Below, piece after piece: positions 62,672-64,000 of a DNA stretch of 64,000 nucleotides; the first letter of the stretch is position 1, and each line of letters starts with the position of its first letter. The notes under the pieces were generated by a model. That model was given only the letters and a program-made list of their open reading frames with translations, was not told the origin of the DNA and ran no database searches. This DNA is from Hyaloraphidium curvatum SAG 235-1. Its lineage: Eukaryota; Fungi; Monoblepharomycota. A program made the translations under genes and the position numbers. The stretch is from NCBI GenBank assembly GCA_025558095.1, contig JAIVFI010000002.1, forward strand, positions 682,001 through 746,000, given 5' to 3'.

Positions 62672-64000
62672 TTACCCGGCCAGTATTGCCTGAAGCTTTC
62701 GCGGATCAACCATGCCAGCGCCTAAGCGAGGCCCGCCCCCGGGAAGCACGGATTTAGGCGGCACCGGGAGCGTTGCAACGGCGGGAGTTGGGCCCCCGGG
62801 AGCCGGCGGGGGCCCCGTATTCGACGGGGCCGTGACAGGAGTTATCTGCGCCTCTGGGTTCACCTCCAGGCTTTGCGCTTTGTCGGGTTGGGTGTCCGCG
62901 GGAAGTTCCTTTGCAACAAATGCACCACGTTCCGCCTGCGGGTTGGCGCTCAAGTTCTGTCGGTGGCAATCGATGTAAGCTTCCGGTTCGGCGCATGGGA
63001 TTGCATGGCTTCCTGACCTCCTGACTGTCGGGTCCGGGAACCTTTTTGGTGCCGTTTGAATCTTTCCGTGTCAGGGTCACCTTCGTCTTCTTGCTCTGCG
63101 AATTCGAAACGACGTCGCTGTCGTTGACGGAGTCCACGGGATCCAAAGCTTTCCGTTTTCCGGCCTGCGGAGCACCTTTGTCCTTCGCCGGTCCCCTCTT
63201 GCGCCCTTCCTGCCCAGGTTTGCTTACGGGGACCTTCTTGAAAGAAATGATGCCGCCAACTGGGCTGGGGTCCAGCTCCATCTCCTCGTCCGCAGCAGGC
63301 GACTCCGCAGTATCGTTTGGTTTGGGCAGTGCAGGTCGAGCTCTTGGTTTTGCTGGGGGCTAGAAGGAAAGTGAGCCACGGACTCACTTCGTTGCAGCCG
63401 AGACGGACCTTTCGACGGACTGGCTCCTTGTCGGACGCGGCCCCGTCCGAGTTGGAACTGCTGCTCTCCGAAAGCTTGCGAGCCTTATCAGCCTTCCTCT
63501 TCCGCGGAGGCACAGGCTGCGAAGATCCGCCGTTTAGCACGCCAGCAAAGGGGTGCACCAAGCAGCTGCATTACCTTGGCGACAGCCGATGCCTGCTGCT
63601 TCAAATCCGATTCGAGGCTCTCCAAACGTTTCATGAGGTCCTCCTTCTCGGATTTCCAGCGCTCCTTGTCCGCCTTGCGTGCAGCTTTGATCTTGTCGAA
63701 CTCCTCCAACGCAGCTCGCGCCACGGCATCAACTTTGCCGTCCTCTTTGGATCCCTGCAACGCAATCGCACGCAGCTGCGACAGCTCGAGCGCCAGGCGG
63801 TCGCGCTCGGCGATCGCGGCCGAGAGGTCCGAACCGGCCTTCTTCTCCGAGGTGGAACGCTTCTCCAGCAGAGCTTCCCGCAGCTGCTTGATCTCGGCAT
63901 CGCGGTCTCCTTTCTGGTTTCGGAGCGATTCCAATTCCTTCTCCAGAGTCTGGTTATGCCGCTCGAGCGCTTTGACCTCGGCCTCGCGCTCGCGAAGAGC
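62672..64000 (-). CDS. 3' part of a multi-exon coiled-coil protein gene (5' end outside window)
   Basis: Heptad-rich ORF 63488-64000 followed by Lys/Ser/Pro-rich exons separated by short GT-AG introns. Confidence 0.6.

Overview
This is GC-rich eukaryotic DNA with many short (about 50-60 nt) spliceosomal introns. The gene content suggests an early-diverging, chytrid/monoblepharid-like fungus, which is an inference. Bases 1-22757 are a nest of LTR retrotransposons: three almost identical copies of one Ty3/Gypsy chromodomain element ('family A'; full copy 12088-22757, minus strand), a decayed Ty1/Copia gag with a minisatellite, and an internally deleted, apparently self-priming Gypsy element ('family B'). 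Family A is the main novelty. Between pol and the 3' LTR it carries two divergent accessory genes. One is a spliced, two-intron ANTISENSE gene ending in a BED-like C2H2 zinc finger; the other is an intronless sense 421-aa coiled-coil ORF. They flank an internal array of 11-bp TCG(C/T)GA-core repeats plus a TATA box, the same array-plus-TATA module found in the LTR U3. This layout resembles a complex retrovirus. Bases 22758-64000 are gene-dense host sequence: an LTR-truncated TKL kinase, a glycosyltransferase-like gene, an ABC half-transporter, a SUEL-lectin gene, nitronate monooxygenase, a mini SF3A1-like gene, a bromo-like/GATA/ET protein, a PSTK-like kinase whose only upstream in-frame ATG is separated from the P-loop by an in-frame TGA, a methyltransferase-like gene, FCP1, GH1, a sterol desaturase, a HAD nucleotidase, GH27, an NAD(P)-binding reductase, DPP8/9-like peptidase, eL42, a minimal Pib2-like FYVE protein, ALY/REF, INCENP-like and a partial coiled-coil gene. 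All calls come from reading motifs by eye; no database searches were run.
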